DNA of 45,011 bases from Nemertoderma westbladi. Its lineage: Eukaryota > Animalia > Xenacoelomorpha. This document shows, piece by piece, positions 44,710 to 45,011 of the stretch (positions are counted from its first letter, which is position 1; each line of letters starts with the position of its first letter). The stretch is from positions 1-45,011 of the forward strand of contig JAUCBJ010000814.1 in NCBI GenBank assembly GCA_032718475.1. The letters run 5' to 3'. The notes below the pieces were generated by a model. It was not told where the DNA came from and made no database searches. It saw only the letters and a list, made by a program, of their open reading frames with translations. The translations under genes were made by a program, and so were the position numbers.

Positions 44710-45011
44710 CTGTTGTTCTACACCTAGCACAGACATGGGGTTCGATAACCCGGCAGCCGAGATGAGTGGCGATGGCTATTCTGAACTGGGCGTTATTAAG
44801 CTTCAAACTCAACGAACTACATGGGATGGCGTTGAGCCAACAACCTGCCATTGTATCCTCCAGGGAGTTTAGATGCGCTAGATCGAGGGGTGTTGCAGCA
44901 CAACAGATTGAGGAGAACGAGTGTTCACTTATGGGAACTGTCCACAATTTATGTATGCTGGATGATGGAATTGCTGTTCCCGGTTCTACTGAAGAATTCC
45001 AGAGATCTGGG
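44710..45011 (-). pseudogene. Inverted second copy of the CRE-like fragment, running off the window
   Basis: AGCWLNAIPCSSLSLKLNNAQFRIAIATHLGCRVIEPHVCARC matches the CRE-type WL.ALP.SSLGL.L....FR.A...RLG..... 44827-45011 is the reverse complement of 44521-44709. Confidence 0.75.

Overview
AT-rich eukaryotic (invertebrate-like) DNA made up almost entirely of transposable elements; no host gene could be recognised. The main feature is a very young 18.7-kb Bel/Pao LTR retrotransposon (1604-20326; 1178-bp LTRs with 3 differences seen; CATAT target-site duplication). Besides gag-pol it carries a ~4.25-kb extra sense-strand reading frame encoding a WRN/RNase D-type DEDDy 3'-5' exonuclease-like domain followed, across one in-frame TGA, by CCHC zinc knuckles and a basic tail. 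It has no tRNA-type primer-binding site. Instead the predicted transcript 5' end can pair with the bases next to the 5' LTR, which suggests Tf1-like self-priming. A decayed, diverged relative (~33.8-39.1 kb) keeps gag, the same extra ORF and a shared 39-nt non-coding motif, so the exonuclease cassette appears to be a heritable lineage trait. The rest of the window holds a minimal type I hammerhead ribozyme pair, a tRNA-derived SINE, a CRE-like LINE fold-back, another Bel/Pao integrase fragment, structured tandem repeats and a 22-bp minisatellite. All domain calls come from motif recognition by eye, not from database searches.
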